From positions 20,646,001 to 20,710,000 of the forward strand of contig CATNEN010000039.1 in the NCBI GenBank assembly GCA_950097015.1: a stretch of DNA of 64,000 bases, written 5' to 3'. The notes beneath the pieces are model-generated. The model worked only from the letters and a program-made list of their open reading frames with translations, was not told the DNA's origin and did no database searches. Source of the stretch: Macrostomum hystrix (Eukaryota; Animalia; Platyhelminthes). Shown here one piece after another: positions 48,035 through 61,881 of this stretch; the first letter of the stretch is position 1, and each line of letters opens with the position of its first letter. The position numbers and the translations under genes are program-made.

Positions 48035-49295
48035 TGATCCTATCAATCAGTGAGGGGATCAACTGATAATGGTCCTATCAATCAGTTAGGGGATCAACTG
48101 ATAATGACCCTATATCAATCAGTGAGGGTATCAACTGATAATGATCCTATCAATCAGTTAGGGGATCAACTGATAATGATCCTATCAATCAGATCAACTG
48201 ATAGTGACCCTATCAATCAGATCAACTGATAATGACCCTATCAATCAGATCAACTGATAATGACCCTATTAATCAGTGAGGGTATCAACTGATAATGACC
48301 CTATCAATCAGATCAACTGATAATGATCCTATCAATCAGTGAGGGTATCAACTGATAATGATCCTATCAATCAGTTAGGGGATCAACTGATAATGGTCCT
48401 ATCAATCAGTTAGGGGATCAACTGATAATGATCCTATCAATCAGATCAACTGATAGTGACCCTATCAATCAGTGAGGGTATCAACTGATAATGATCCTAT
48501 CAATCAGTTAGGGGATCAACTGATAATGATCCTATCAATCAGTTAGGGGATCAACTGATAATGATCCTATCAATCAGTTAGGGGATCAACTGATAATGAT
48601 CCTATCAATCAGTTAGGGGATCAACTGATAATGGTCCTATCAATCAGATCAACTGATAGTGACCCTATCAATCAGTGAGGGTATCAACTGATAATGATCC
48701 TATCAATCAGTTAGGGGATCAACTGATAATGATCCTATCAATCAGTTAGGGGATCAACTGATAATGATCCTATCAATCAGTTAGGGGATCAACTGATAAT
48801 GATCCTATCAATCAGATCAACTGATAATGGTCCTATCAATCAGATCAACTGATAATGATCCTATCAATCAGTGAGGGTATCAACTGATAATGATCCTATC
48901 AATCAGTTAGGGGATCAACTGATAATGGTCCTATCAATCAGTTAGGGGATCAACTGATAATGATCCTATCAATCAGATCAACTGATAGTGACCCTATCAA
49001 TCAGTGAGGGTATCAACTGATAATGATCCTATCAATCAGTTAGGGGATCAACTGATAATGATCCTATCAATCAGTTAGGGGATCAACTGATAATGATCCT
49101 ATCAATCAGTTAGGGGATCAACTGATAATGATCCTATCAATCAGATCAACTGATAATGGTCCTATCAATCAGATCAACTGATAATGATCCTATCAATCAG
49201 TTAGGGGATCAACTGATAATGATCCTATCAATCAGTGAGGGGATCAACTGATAGTGACCCTATCAATCAGTGAGGGGATCAACTGAAAATGATCC
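48035..49295. repeat. 35/28-bp minisatellite (GATCAACTGATAATGATCCTATCAATCA[GTTAGGG])
   Basis: Tandem array with long and short unit variants. Confidence 0.95.
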
Positions 49296-49880
49296 CATAA
49301 TTCCACCCGGGAATATGGAATCCCATTCAATTATCCCATTATCCCGACCGGGAAACTTTCGATTTGCACAAGCTTTAAATGGAACAAAAAATTGTCTCAA
49401 AATTTTATTCCCGAAATTTTGAGAACCTAGAAAATCTGTAGTTTCGATCTTGACAAGCCTCTTAATCTCGTGATATTATTGCCCGTCACTGCCATTTCAA
49501 TATCTGATTTTAGAAGCGAAAATTCACAGTATAGTGTTTACACACGCAAAAGCGGAACATTCTTGACAGGTCCTGCAGATACCCTTTAAAAAATGTCTCT
49601 AGTTGGTAAACGTTTTGAAATGAAAAGGCTCACTCACATATGCTTACATTATTATGCAGTCGCGATTGAAAAAAAGTGATGACATCTGTCGAAATGTTTG
49701 ACTTTTGCTTCTCGCCTGGGAGGGGGGTTGATGGATGTCAGGCATTTAAAAACCCTTGCGTTCAGCTAGAAACCAAGTCACAGAAGAGTGGCCAGAAGAT
49801 TTTCTGTCAAAGCAAATCAATAAATCAATCAAATTAATCAATACAATAGTTGGAGGAATTAAGACAATTGTCAAGAAGAA

Positions 49881-50174
49881 ATGTTCCTGAGATCGACTAT
49901 CGCTCTGCTGCTAGCGACACTGCTGGCTGCTGTCAGTCGGGGCGACAGCAGTTGGCCGGCAAATCACCAACTGAGGGCGGTCGTCAACTTTCCTAGCGCC
50001 GCTAGCCAGCCAGTCAGCTGGAGGTCCGGCTTCGTCCAGCGTCGACCGTCATCGGTGCAGTCAACTGGCTGGCAGTCTGACAGTCGACCTGATTGGAAGA
50101 GGACTATCTTTCGCTACGGCAAACGCCAGATGTTCCGCTTCGGCAAGAGACGCACCCCTACAGGTGGAAGATAA
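49881..50174 (+). CDS. Neuropeptide precursor yielding TIFRY-amide and (p)QMFRF-amide
   Basis: Signal peptide MFLRSTIALLLATLLAAVSRG; KR-TIFRY-GKR-QMFRF-GKRR cleavage and amidation pattern. Confidence 0.88.
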   Translation: MFLRSTIALLLATLLAAVSRGDSSWPANHQLRAVVNFPSAASQPVSWRSGFVQRRPSSVQSTGWQSDSRPDWKRTIFRYGKRQMFRFGKRRTPTGGR

Positions 50175-50361
50175 TGATTTGATTTGATACAAAAATAATT
50201 TGTATGCACTTTTTGGACACTCGCTTTTAAGTTCCATTGGACTTTTAAAATGTTCACAAAAGCAATGCAACTAAATATAATCGATTGGAAACGATTAGAT
50301 GGCAAACTATTGCATACACATTTGCGTCATTTGAGAACATGCTGCGTTTCTTGAAGGATCT

Positions 50362-50868
50362 GCTGATTTCACAGTCCTGACCCTTCAGTGAACGGCTGAT
50401 TTCACAGTCCTGACCCTTCAGTGAACGGCTGATTTCACAGTCCTGACCCTTCAGTGAACTGCTGATTTCACAGTCCTGACCCTTCAGTGAACGGCTGATT
50501 TCACAGTCCTGACCCTTCAGTGAACGGCTGATTTCACAGTCCTGACCCTTCAGTGAACTGCTGGTTTCACAGTCCTGACCCTTCAGTGAACTGCTGGTTT
50601 CACAGTCCTGACCCTTCAGTGAACTGCTGGTTTCACAGTCCTGACCCTTCAGTGAACTGCTGATTTCACAGTCCTGACCCTTCAGTGAACTGCTGGTTTC
50701 ACAGTCCTGACCCTTCAGTGAACTGCTGATTTCACAGTCCTGACCCTTCAGTGAACTGCTGGTTTCACAGTCCTGACCCTTCAGTGAACTGCTGGTTTAA
50801 CAGTCCTGACCCTTCAGTGAACTGCTGGTTTCACAGTCCTGACCCTTCAGTGAACTGCTGATTTCACT
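50362..50868. repeat. 33-bp minisatellite (CTGATTTCACAGTCCTGACCCTTCAGTGAACTG)
   Basis: Tandem array. Confidence 0.96.
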
Positions 50869-52049
50869 TTAACTGCCGTTAGAACAAAATTATTTTTTCA
50901 AAAGAATGCGAAAAACGGTGTTTTAAGAGTTGCATTGGGAATGACTTCTTGTGATAATTATTTCTTGCTTTTAAGGAACTTTTTTAGTGCGTCTTTTATT
51001 TGGTGATACTTCAAATGAGAAAAACACATGCAGTTTTGCAGTGACTGTCGCCAAGTTCCTTAATTATTGAATTGCATTCAGTCAAACAAAAAGTATAAGC
51101 TTTCATCTGCACATCAACAAAGAAACTTAAAAACAGAAAGGTTAGTTTCTTTAAAGGATCAAAGTTTTGTACACAAAATTAACAGGGCATGACATTTCTG
51201 CACTTACACGCAAGACAGAAAAAACGAATTGTGAAATGTTAATGACATGTGGATACTAAAGTTTATGCTTTAGTATGAAGACAAAATCTAAAAAAGCCCG
51301 ACCTTTTTCTTTGAAGGCCCCCATAATCGGTAGCAAAATGAAAAAATAAATAAATATAGAAAACTCTGCGACAATGGAAACTAGCAAACAAAAGGATACT
51401 ATAGTCTGGATTGACTGATAAAACAACAGGGCCAACAGATAATTTGAGAAGAAAGCAGCAAAGATAAATTTTAATTAAATAAACAATTGCGCACCACCCA
51501 GGCCGATAGAATTTCTTCTCTGACCAAAAAGACAGGAAAACGCGCAATTGTCTACTGATATTCGTTTTAAGTAGTATATTTTAGGATCGTTAAGCGTTAA
51601 TTTTTTCTATCTGCAAGCGTCTATCTGCCTGTTCTGTTCTCTGTAACTGGTTAGGGCGGTTTGTTTCGGGGTCGAAGTAAGGAGAAATGTTTGTTGACGC
51701 GGAAACTAATATTAAGAGATCGAGCCAGGTTAAAATGTGAAAGTCGATGGTGTCTTCTGGGTCGGCACTTTTGCACTTTAATAGACTAGAAAAATGTTAC
51801 CATTGTTTTTCTCTTTTAATAACGTATTTTATCTATACCTTCAGTGCAAAAGTGCATTACCTTATTTTATACCTTATTTTATTTGCATAATTGTTAACTG
51901 TAAGCATGAATATCATTGACATTTTATCAGGAGAAAAGTAGCTAGGCACTTTGTTTATTTTTCAAGTTACTGATCGACTTGAGCAATGTTACTGTTCTAT
52001 ATACTGTCCTCTCGCTTATTCCCATTTGTCATAGCCGGATTTCCTACCG

Positions 52050-52400
52050 TCCTCACTACCCAGTTGTCTATGGTCCTCACTACCCAGTTGTCTATGGTCC
52101 TCACTACCCAGTTGTCTATGGTCCTCACTACCCAGTTGTCTATGGTCCTCACTACCCAGTTGTCTATGGTCCTCACTACCCAGTTGTCTATGGTCCTCAC
52201 TACCCAGTTGTCTATGGTCCTCACTACCCAGTTGTCTATGGTCCTCACTACCCAGTTGTCTATGGTCCTCACTACCCAGTTGTCTATGGTCCTTACTACC
52301 CCATTGTCTATGGTCCTCTCGACCCTATTGTCTATGGCCCTCACTACTCTAATGTATATGGTCCTCTCGACCCTATTGCCTGTCATTTTTTCTATGGTCC
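52050..52400. repeat. 24-bp minisatellite (CCTCACTACCCAGTTGTCTATGGT)
   Basis: Tandem array. Confidence 0.95.
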
Positions 52401-52972
52401 TCTCTTTCCTGTAAATTCAAGATTGCACAAAAATCCAGGAAAACTAATAACAATCTAGCATTGCCATCAAAGACGTTAGGTGCGCAGATAGTAAAACAGA
52501 GAAACAATTAGTCAGATAATAATAGAAGACAATGATACTGCGAGAAGATACTAGTGGGCATCATCAGTTATAAGAAATTAAAAAATACAATAACCAAGAA
52601 TGAATGCGCTGCACGATTCAGTATAGAATAGAGAATGGTTTTTCTAAGGTGTATATATAACTGGTGAACGGAATGGGGGCCAGGAAATTAGTTAAGCAAA
52701 GTGTTCTCTCACGCGAGACTGGCAACCAGAAAATAAAATAAAAATCATGACGCCAATGACGATTGCCAAGTGACGTTCGAGGCGACAATATGCGAGAGCA
52801 AGCAAATCTATATCATATCATTAGTATTTGCATAATATTATTTAGTACACAGGCAAACTCTCCAAAATTAACTTCAGTTTCTCCTATCCGAGAAGCTCAA
52901 TTAGAATTTGGAGGATAATAAGGAGAAGGGATAGTCGAACTTAAAACAAACAGAAATCCCAATCATCCATTT

Positions 52973-55900
52973 TTACAGGAGCACATTCTTCGACCGGAAC
53001 AAATGCAGGATGGCCTCGTATGTGGTGAGCACTATGCACGTGTTTGGTATCTGGCGAACAAAGTGCGTCAGCATGCCCTTGTAAAGCGCCAGGAAGCCTT
53101 CTTCGTGTATGATGAGGCGCATAGACTGGGCTAAACCGTGATACCGGCTGCCCTCCTGACGTAGCCGGGTGCGAAGCACCTCTGTTGATTGGAGAAAGGA
53201 ATTATAGTTTGAAAGGAATGAAAGTTCGTCATGTACTTTATATTAACAATGATTATGAACAAGATTCGGATTCAATTGGTTTTAATTTAAAAGTGCTTGC
53301 ATTTTTTATTGATCAGAAGCAGTGTTTCGTATGCCAAAAAGCGCTTTTCACGCCACACAAATTATTATTAAGGTCTGTGTGTATATGCATAAGAGTCGTC
53401 ACTCATGGCTTCAACTCTTCTCTTTTTTTCTCCCTGCAAGTTAATTTGGCAGTCAGTGTCAGTGCAAGGGCGGACTAAACCGGTCCGCGTGAAAGCCGCC
53501 TAAAAATAAATGTACATATATTTGCTTAAAAGTCCAAATTCGACGAGAGGAGGGGTAAGACAAGATGGGCAGGCAGGGGTTTGAGGCTGCGGCGTGTGTG
53601 AGGTGGTGGGGCAGGTTTTGAAAGTCTCGCTCAGCCGCGTATTTTCATTTCAAAGCCTACCACCCCACGCTTTCTGCTGATACTATTTCCTAACTGTACA
53701 TTCCTCTAATGATTAATAGAGGGACGGAAGTGTTTAGTAATGTACGACACACCACCAGACTGGGCCAATAAAGTATGAATGTACAGAGGGGCAAGGCGGC
53801 GAGAAGAATGTTCACATCACGAATTAACAGAATTGACGCACGTAAACTAGTGGGTGTGGCCGCACCCGAGGGACCATGTTTTCCTGCACCAAACGCCCTC
53901 AAGTTTTTTCATGCCCTTTACTATCACTGGGAAGACATAAGCAATCAACAGCACAGCAGTCCATTTGCTTAAACTTAAAGCAAACCTGTCCTAAGGTTGG
54001 GAAATAGCAATTTATATAGGATTTTATATTAACATACATACGCACAGAAAAAAAACTACTTAAGCCAGGCCATTACGACTAAAAGAAAAGGTGGGATTGA
54101 ATGGGTGGAAACAAAGTCAAAAAACAGCAACGCGAAAATAATTTGTAAAAGATCCGTAACTTTTTACACTTTTGTTAGCGTAGTGGAAATAATAAACGGA
54201 AAAAACAAACTCGAGGAAAAAGACGTTTACATTATTTACAGCTCGCCAACTAAAATGTGTAACTCTTTGTCTGTCTAAACTGAAATTTCCTGCCCAAGCG
54301 AAAGAGACAATGAACAAGCAATGGGTTCAAAGTTGCACAGAGCGCGCGTGCTCACGACTACACACGCCTTCATACAACCCACCGGCACCGCCTGTGGGTA
54401 AAGATCTATTGTTGCATTGCAGCAAGGCTCCGTAGAGACTCAACATTCCGACATAAATTTAGGTTGAAGAATGAGTTGCGTACACGATTTTAATAATAAA
54501 AGAAAGCACAACTAGACAACAAGAGAATAGGCTGGAGTGGAGTGCCTTCAGCTCGAAAACTCTTATTGACGAACAGAGACATGCCAATTATTTAATTAGT
54601 TGTTCTATAAATAGCACGATACTATTTTGTATTGCTATCGCACACAAACTATATATTTTTTCTAGATTGAGTGGTCAGTCATGGGTCAGACTCAGACTGA
54701 ACTGCTGATGCACACGTTTGCTCATTGTCTATTTTTTTTCTTGCATATGCATAAAAAGTTACATAAAAAATACGTTTGAACTCAGTCCTGTCCGGTATTA
54801 GTTGCGTCGCGACAAATTATATATTGAGTCAATTGGTAGACTTTTGAGTCAATTATCTTACCTTGCCTCAATTACATAAGATAAGCTAATGTTATCCCTA
54901 ACATATAATGGGTGACTAACAATAATATTATCCTTAGCAACACATTGAGTCATTCATGTTATCCTTAGCAACACAATGGATCATTAATATTATCCCCAAC
55001 TCATACAATGGGTCATTACTATTATCCCAAGCTCATACAATGTGTCATTAATATTATCCCAAGCTCATACAATGTGTCATTAATATTATCCCTAGCTTAT
55101 ACAATGTGTCATTACTATTATCCCTAGCTTATACAATGTGTCATTAATATTATCCCTAGCTCATGCAATGTGTCATTAATATTATCCCTAGCTCATACAA
55201 TGTGTCATTAATATTATCCCTAGCTCATACAATGTGTCATTAATATTATCCCTAGCTCATTCAATGTGTCATTAATATTATACCTAGCTCATACAATGTG
55301 TCATTAATATTATACCTAGCTCATACAATGTGTCATTAATATTATACCTAGCTCATACAATGTGTCATTAATATTATACCTAGCTCATACAATGTGTCAT
55401 TAATATTATCCCTAGCTCATACAATGTGTCATTAATATTATCCCTAGCTCATACAATGTGTCATTAATATTATACCTAGCTCATACAATGTGTCATTAAT
55501 ATTATACCTAGCTCATACAATGTGTCATTAATATTATCCCTAGCTCATACAATGTGTCATTAATATTATACCTAGCTCATACAATGTGTCATTAATATTA
55601 TACCTAGCTCATACAATGTGTCATTAATATTATACCTAGCTCATACAATGGATCATTAGTATCATCCCTAGCTCATAGTATGGGTCATTCTTAAAATCTT
55701 TTGCTCATAGTATGGGTCATTCTTAAAATCTTTTGCTCATACAATGGGTCATTTATGCACATTCCGCTATCTTCTGAACACCCACTCAAGCAGATATCCT
55801 CCAACACAGGGGTGTAGTTCTGCTCTGATGTTTTTCCTTACATAACATCGCAATAATTTCAGTGTCGCAACAATAAAAGTAGGTCTGTGCAGATATTTGG

Positions 55901-58900
55901 CCAAGCCAAGATACCATGTAAGTTTTAGTGCATGCGCACTATATAAATGTAACACTGCCCTAAAAGTACATTCCGTCACACTCACCATGCGGATAGCAGG
56001 TGATGGTAGACACAGTCTTAGAGACGCCGCTAGCAATAGTGCAATACATGACATCGTCTGCGCTGCTTAAATTCAAATCCAAATTAGTAGCATTGGCTTC
56101 GGCGCCTCTGGACCATTGCACCAGGCTTCGCTTCAAATGCTCGTATAGTACAAACTGTAGAGAAGTCTCCACAATGCCAATGTAAGACGCTTGGATGCCT
56201 TTGAAGAAGGCTAAGAAGCCACCGCGACGCCAGGTATCCACTGTGCATTGCCAAACTGTCATTGCGCTGGCGGCGGGACTGTTATTGACAATATTACAAT
56301 CGGAGATTTATTAACTCGATTTCATAAATGCAGGCATTAGACATAACAACTGTAACTAATGACACTAAAGACAGCAAATAGTTTTGTTAAATAATTTACA
56401 TTTCAGCATATTTTTGCTTAACGCTATTTAAGAGTTTTAGACCCTAGGGTCGGAAGCTTCGGAGCCCTAATGAGATGAGACTGGAGAGAGATGAGACAGG
56501 AGAGAGAGATGAGACAGGGAAGAGAAAGGACAGGGGAGAGATGAGACTGGAGAGAGATGAGACAGGAGAGAGATGAGACAGGGAAGAGTTAAGACAGGGG
56601 AGAGATGAGACACGGAAGAGAAAGGACAGGAGAGAGATGAGACAGGGGAGAGATGAGACAGGGGAGAGATGAGACAGGGGAGAGATGAGACACGGAAGAG
56701 AAAGCACAAGAGATATGCGACAGAGGAGAGATGAGACAGAGGAGAGATGAGACAGGGGAGAGATGAGACAGGGGAGAGATGAGACAGGGGAGAGATGAGA
56801 CAGGAGAGAGATGAGACAGGGGAGAGATGAGACAGGGGAGAGATGAGACACGGAAGAGAGAGGACCGGAGAGAGATGAGACAGTGGAGAGATAAGGAGAG
56901 ATAAGATAGGAGAGAGATGAGACAGTGGAGAGATAAGGAGAGATAAGATAGGAGAGAGATGAGACAGGGGAGAGATGAGAGAGATGATAGAAAATGTACT
57001 TAAACTACTCGAACTATTAGACTTAGCGTAGTCATATTGGTGATAAAAACTACATCCAACAAATCTATCTAAATAGTAGGAATATAAATGCACATGAGAA
57101 AAAAAGTACAACCAAATTCCAAGGTCTGCTGTGTGCTGTCACGAAGCGAGAAAATTGAACTGTCAAACAAAAACTATAGACCTACAAATAGCCAGAAACG
57201 CAACAGCACGCGGTGAAGGCGTGATGCGTGCTCACCCCAGTTGAAAATAGGCAATAGAGAGGCCATGGGGAAACCCCGAACACACGCACGCGCACAGTTT
57301 AATGTTGCATAATTGTACAGTAAATCATTCTCTATCAAGTAGCCAATATTAAGTTAAGCTAAAAACTGTTTAAATGTTAATTGCACGCAGCTACAGCATG
57401 GCATTTCGCATTAATTTAAATATCCTATTTGGCTAGTCTTCTGCTTTAACAAAAAACTGACACTAGGCCCTATAATTATGTTGGACAAAACCTGACCACT
57501 TATTAATAAAGGTTAGAAGTCTATAGGTAGACATTCTAGTTCTATTCTAATTAGCTATAAATAGATAAAATTAAGCTTCTTCAGCAAGCAATAGCGTGAT
57601 AAACTGCAAGAGTACATTATTCCCCTGGTCACGGGTTAGCTCAAGGTCTAAATTACAACTTATTAGAACCCTAAATTCTAGGGTCAATTATCAAATGCTC
57701 TAATCTGTCAATAAAGTACAAGTTGTACAACTTGTATTTAAAAAATTAACTTTCATATTTTGTGATTTTTAGTCAAGTAAAATAACTGGATTTCTGAATT
57801 ACTAATTTGACTTTTACATAGAAACACTGAACTCTAGACATACTGTAAGAAAAGAGGAAAATAACGTAAAATTACGGAATCCAAAAATGAAAAAAATTAT
57901 GCTTTATCTCCCTAGGGGGTAAAAAATAGAGTAACTCACGATTGATCTAGCTGCATCCGAGTCTTGACATACCAAATCGGATTTGTAAGGGTTGATGATA
58001 CAAAGCTAGCAAATGAAGAGGCGGCAAACACGTTGCCATGGCTACCCTTGGCGTAGAGCGGAGCGAACATCTCCTGGCCATTGAAATAAGCGCCAAAATA
58101 GATAGCCCTCGATGGCAACACACCAGCGATGGTCATTGTAAGGCCTTTGAATAGCGCTTTGGCGCCTTCGGCCCGATAGATGTGGCGCACGCAGGCCACG
58201 ATTGACATATGGTTGCTAGGCACGTATCTAAGGCGAGCTAGGCCGGCCCCTGATTGAATCAACAGTTGGGACTGCGCGCCACCTGTGCACTGGGTGCCGC
58301 CATTCAGTACAGCCGCAGTTGCTGGCCCAGTCCAAGTGTTCACAGAGCCCTGCAGGCGAGTCTTCACAATCTCCAGCGGGGAGGTGAATAGGGCGCCTGT
58401 TGTGCCAGCGACTCTGTCGTTGGGAGTTGGTGGGATTGGGTTTGTGACTGAGAAAATGTGACCTATATAAAAGTTTGCCTCAAATTATGCTGTTAACTAG
58501 GCTACTTTATTCGAACTAAACTGAACAAACTATACACTGTATTTGGAAATTAACTGCAGATATGCCAATGATTGTTACTAAAAATCATGCCTAACTGGGC
58601 TTGGTATAATTTTCATCTTTATAAACAAGAAAATAGATTTATTCTCTGAAAAGAAAAAAGCTTTAGTATTATAGGGGCCTACTGTAGTTATATAAGCTTC
58701 TAAATATTGTATTTTGGAAGTAAGCCAAGTTAGTTAAAATAAAAAGCAAAATACTAAACAGGGCACTAGAATTTTCTGGCATGACATGATCTAGACATAA
58801 AAATGACTATACAAAAAATAACAACAAGACAAGAATATTTTACCTTGGTATGGTAAAGAGACTGTGTAAAGTGTTTGTTTAAAAAGTTGCAATAACTAAA

Positions 58901-59994
58901 ATATTTAAGTAGTCAAAACACAATACAATATAATATTTTTATCAAATTCTGAGAGCTATGTAATTAAAAGATATCAGTGATTTTCTTGTAAAGAGATTGA
59001 ATATAAGATTGTTAATTTGATCAATAAATAAAATGCACAAACAATAAAACAAATATAATTATAATTGTTTATCAAGATAAATATTTTTAAACCATTATTT
59101 TTTTCAGTATCCCTTTATATACAATTAACAACTAGCTAGCTTTTTCATTCATATAGCCATAAAAGATAAATAGCAGTATTTTGCTTATTTCTTAGTTACT
59201 AAAAATATAATATAGCTAAGAATATAGGTACTATATTGGAATAAATAGTATTTTTGTGGATGGCATCTAGGGCAATTTTGCTTGTTGTCATGGCATATGA
59301 TGCGATATGCATGCCATGAGCCATGATGAATCACTAGGTCACGATATGAGAACTTGACTTATTTAATATAATATAATTGCAGCCAGTGCAATTCTAAGCA
59401 ATAATACAAAGCATGCAACTAGGAGGAAGTCAATAGCAAAATGGAAATTCATTAAACTGTTAGCAAAACTAAACAAAGAGCATTGCCACTTTAAGATTAG
59501 AAGATTGCCATGCTATAATTCCATACTGGCCATGCCACCCTACGATTTGAAATTTGCCATGAAGCACTACCCCTACCATCTTAGGAATGCTATGGTGCAC
59601 TGTCTGCAGTAGCTGAAAACTTATCCTAATAGGGTTAGGGGCCACAAACTAGGAGATTGCCAGGTATCCATTATAGCTTGGCCCCTTATTAGGAATTAGC
59701 ATTAGATAGGCATAGGCTTACCTCTAAAGAACATAAAATTGTTATTGTTTAATCGAAATAAAGGCAGAATATAACATAGTAACATAACTTCATTATTATA
59801 AATATATAGCTAGGCGGCAAAGTCCTACTAGGCTAATTTACAGACTTAACGATTTCTAAAGCGAGTAAGGGGTAAAGAAAGAATAGTCTAGCTTAGCTAT
59901 TTCTAAAAGCTTATTAAGATAAAGTGAAGGTGCTATTTACGTTTTAGAATATAACTTACCCGCCAGCAACAATATGAGCTAAACTGCCCTCCAT
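52973..59994 (-). CDS. SLC25A36: Mitochondrial pyrimidine-nucleotide carrier (SLC25A33/SLC25A36/Rim2-type), 336 aa
   Basis: Exons 59994-59960, 58413-57940, 56278-55986, 53181-52973 join in frame. Three carrier signatures PLEIVKTRLQ, PIWYVKTRMQ and PHEVLRTRLR, plus PSRAIYF and RQIPN, typical of this subfamily. A33 versus A36 cannot be resolved. Confidence 0.92.
54890..55750. repeat. 32-bp minisatellite (ATTATCCCTAGCTCATACAATGTGTCATTAAT)
   Basis: Intronic tandem array with degenerate edges. Confidence 0.95.
56470..56990. repeat. Purine-rich 16-bp-based minisatellite (GAGATGAGACAGGGGA)
   Basis: Same family as 5900-6858. Confidence 0.9.
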
Positions 59995-60802
59995 GTTCGA
60001 ACAATTTTATTGTCATAAAGATTCAAAAGACATTTCTCTATTCTCTTCGCATCGACTTCTGAATTCTATTTGTAAGGTCAATCGCTTTTATAGCTTTAAA
60101 TCACGCGATAATTATGAAAAAACCCGTAAGTTTTCGTGATGTTTACTAATCATGCCAATAAATGAAAGATTTAGAAGGCCAGAAATTCAAGAACTGTGTA
60201 TTTTTATGTGCTTAGATAGAGCCATTGGAAGTATTTTTTTACAAAAGCTTCTTGAGTCTTTAACTAAAAGAAAATACTAAGGAGACTTTGTGAACTTTTC
60301 TACAATTAATTAAGAATAAATTATTGCAGCAAATAAAACAAAAAAGCTTCTTACTAAGTAAAAATATTAAGCTCCTCTAATATTAATGTATAAAATTAAA
60401 GTAAATAAAAGAAAATACTAGTCTTTATAGTATTATCTATATTATATTCTTTACTGCCTAATGCTTTGCATGACTTTTCTAATTTTAGGCTATTTTGTTT
60501 AGGCTAAATTGAGAACATATCTCAATTTTCTGCCAACTGTTCTCAACAAATAGTATAGTAGATATAGTAAAAATGACAGGCAGGCTGAGACTGGCAGTAT
60601 TAGAATGTGTGTCGAAATGCATTTTTGAATGAACAATAGGTATCATTATTGATCGTGAGTCAATTTTATATTTACTTCACGGCAAGCTAATTACTTATCT
60701 TATCATTGTAACTAGTCTTTTGTTTGGGTAGCAAGCTTATAATTTTTCAGTAAAATTACTTCCGCTTGCTTCAATACTAATTGCTCCTACTACTCCTACT
60801 CC

Positions 60803-61155
60803 GCGGCCCTGGCAGCGAGACGACCAACTCCCTGTACCAGCGAGCGCGCCTGACGCGGCCTTCTGCCCTGCTCTGAGCAAGCGACGTCTGCGGCTTGCCG
60901 GGCATGTCATCCGGGCCGAAGCCTACTGCCCAGAGCCGCTGCAGGACGTCCTGCTGTGGACTCCGCAGGGACCTCGCAGGCGCGGACAGGGACGAACGGC
61001 TCGCTACATCGACCGTCTTTTTGATGATGCGCGAGCACCCAGCCAGGCAGCCGGCGTGAAGCACGCCAGAGACCTTGCCCTGAAGCGCGCGATTTGACGC
61101 TCCCCCTTTTTTGGCCACTTGTGGTCGGCGCGGGGCGTGAGATGATTATTTTTTT
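60803..61155 (+). mobile_element. 5'-truncated RTE-clade non-LTR retrotransposon (3' end)
   Basis: GC-rich island in AT-rich DNA that reads RRLRLAGHVIR...LLWTPQGPRRRGQGRTARYIDRL, the usual post-RT C-terminus of RTE LINEs, with an upstream frameshift and a short simple tail. Confidence 0.78.
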
Positions 61156-61881
61156 TTTCAAGACAAAAAATTTAATCAATGGAAACTGCACAGCTGGCTT
61201 TAAATAATCCCCGACCTCTGTTCTAAGGGTGATGACACTTTTTACTGCACCTTGGCCTGTCCACTGCCACACATAACATTGAGCACATGTTCTCAGATGT
61301 AAAGGTAGGAATTCTCATTTGCAATAGCCATTAATTAATTGAAGGTTTTAATTACTATAAAAGTTATTATAGCATTGTTAAGGAGAACTTAATTACATTC
61401 AGCAAAATCGTTTTAATAGATAGGAACCTACATACATTTTGAGCTATATTGCTCTAGGGCTATTTATAGAGCTATAAAATCGTGAAAAAATCATTTTATC
61501 TTCTATTTGAGCTAGCTGAGTATATTGATTCTAGCTGAGCTCAATATTTTCTTCCCCACTGGCCAGGGTCTAGTCAACATCTGCTGCAACACTGACCGAT
61601 ATGTAATAGACAAAATTGGCCCAATTTTGGCTGTTAATGCAAGCAACCAAACTCAAAGTATTCAGAACCGAAATTAGATTTCTGGATTTAATCATACACT
61701 TTCTATTGCTGTCATTTTATCATTTTAATCACAGCCCAAAGAAACCAGTTCCTGCGAGACGCTTTCGACAAAGGCGTCTGCAATATCGAAATGGAATCGT
61801 TGGGTTTTGCGGCTACGACACACATGCTGGGATTCAAAGGTAGTGTTGCTCACTGATCTCCTCATTTTCACCGTTCTGTCG

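Noticed and set aside
60777-61272. Minus-strand ORFs of 113 and 121 aa
   Set aside because: They are antisense shadows of the GC-rich RTE LINE fragment.
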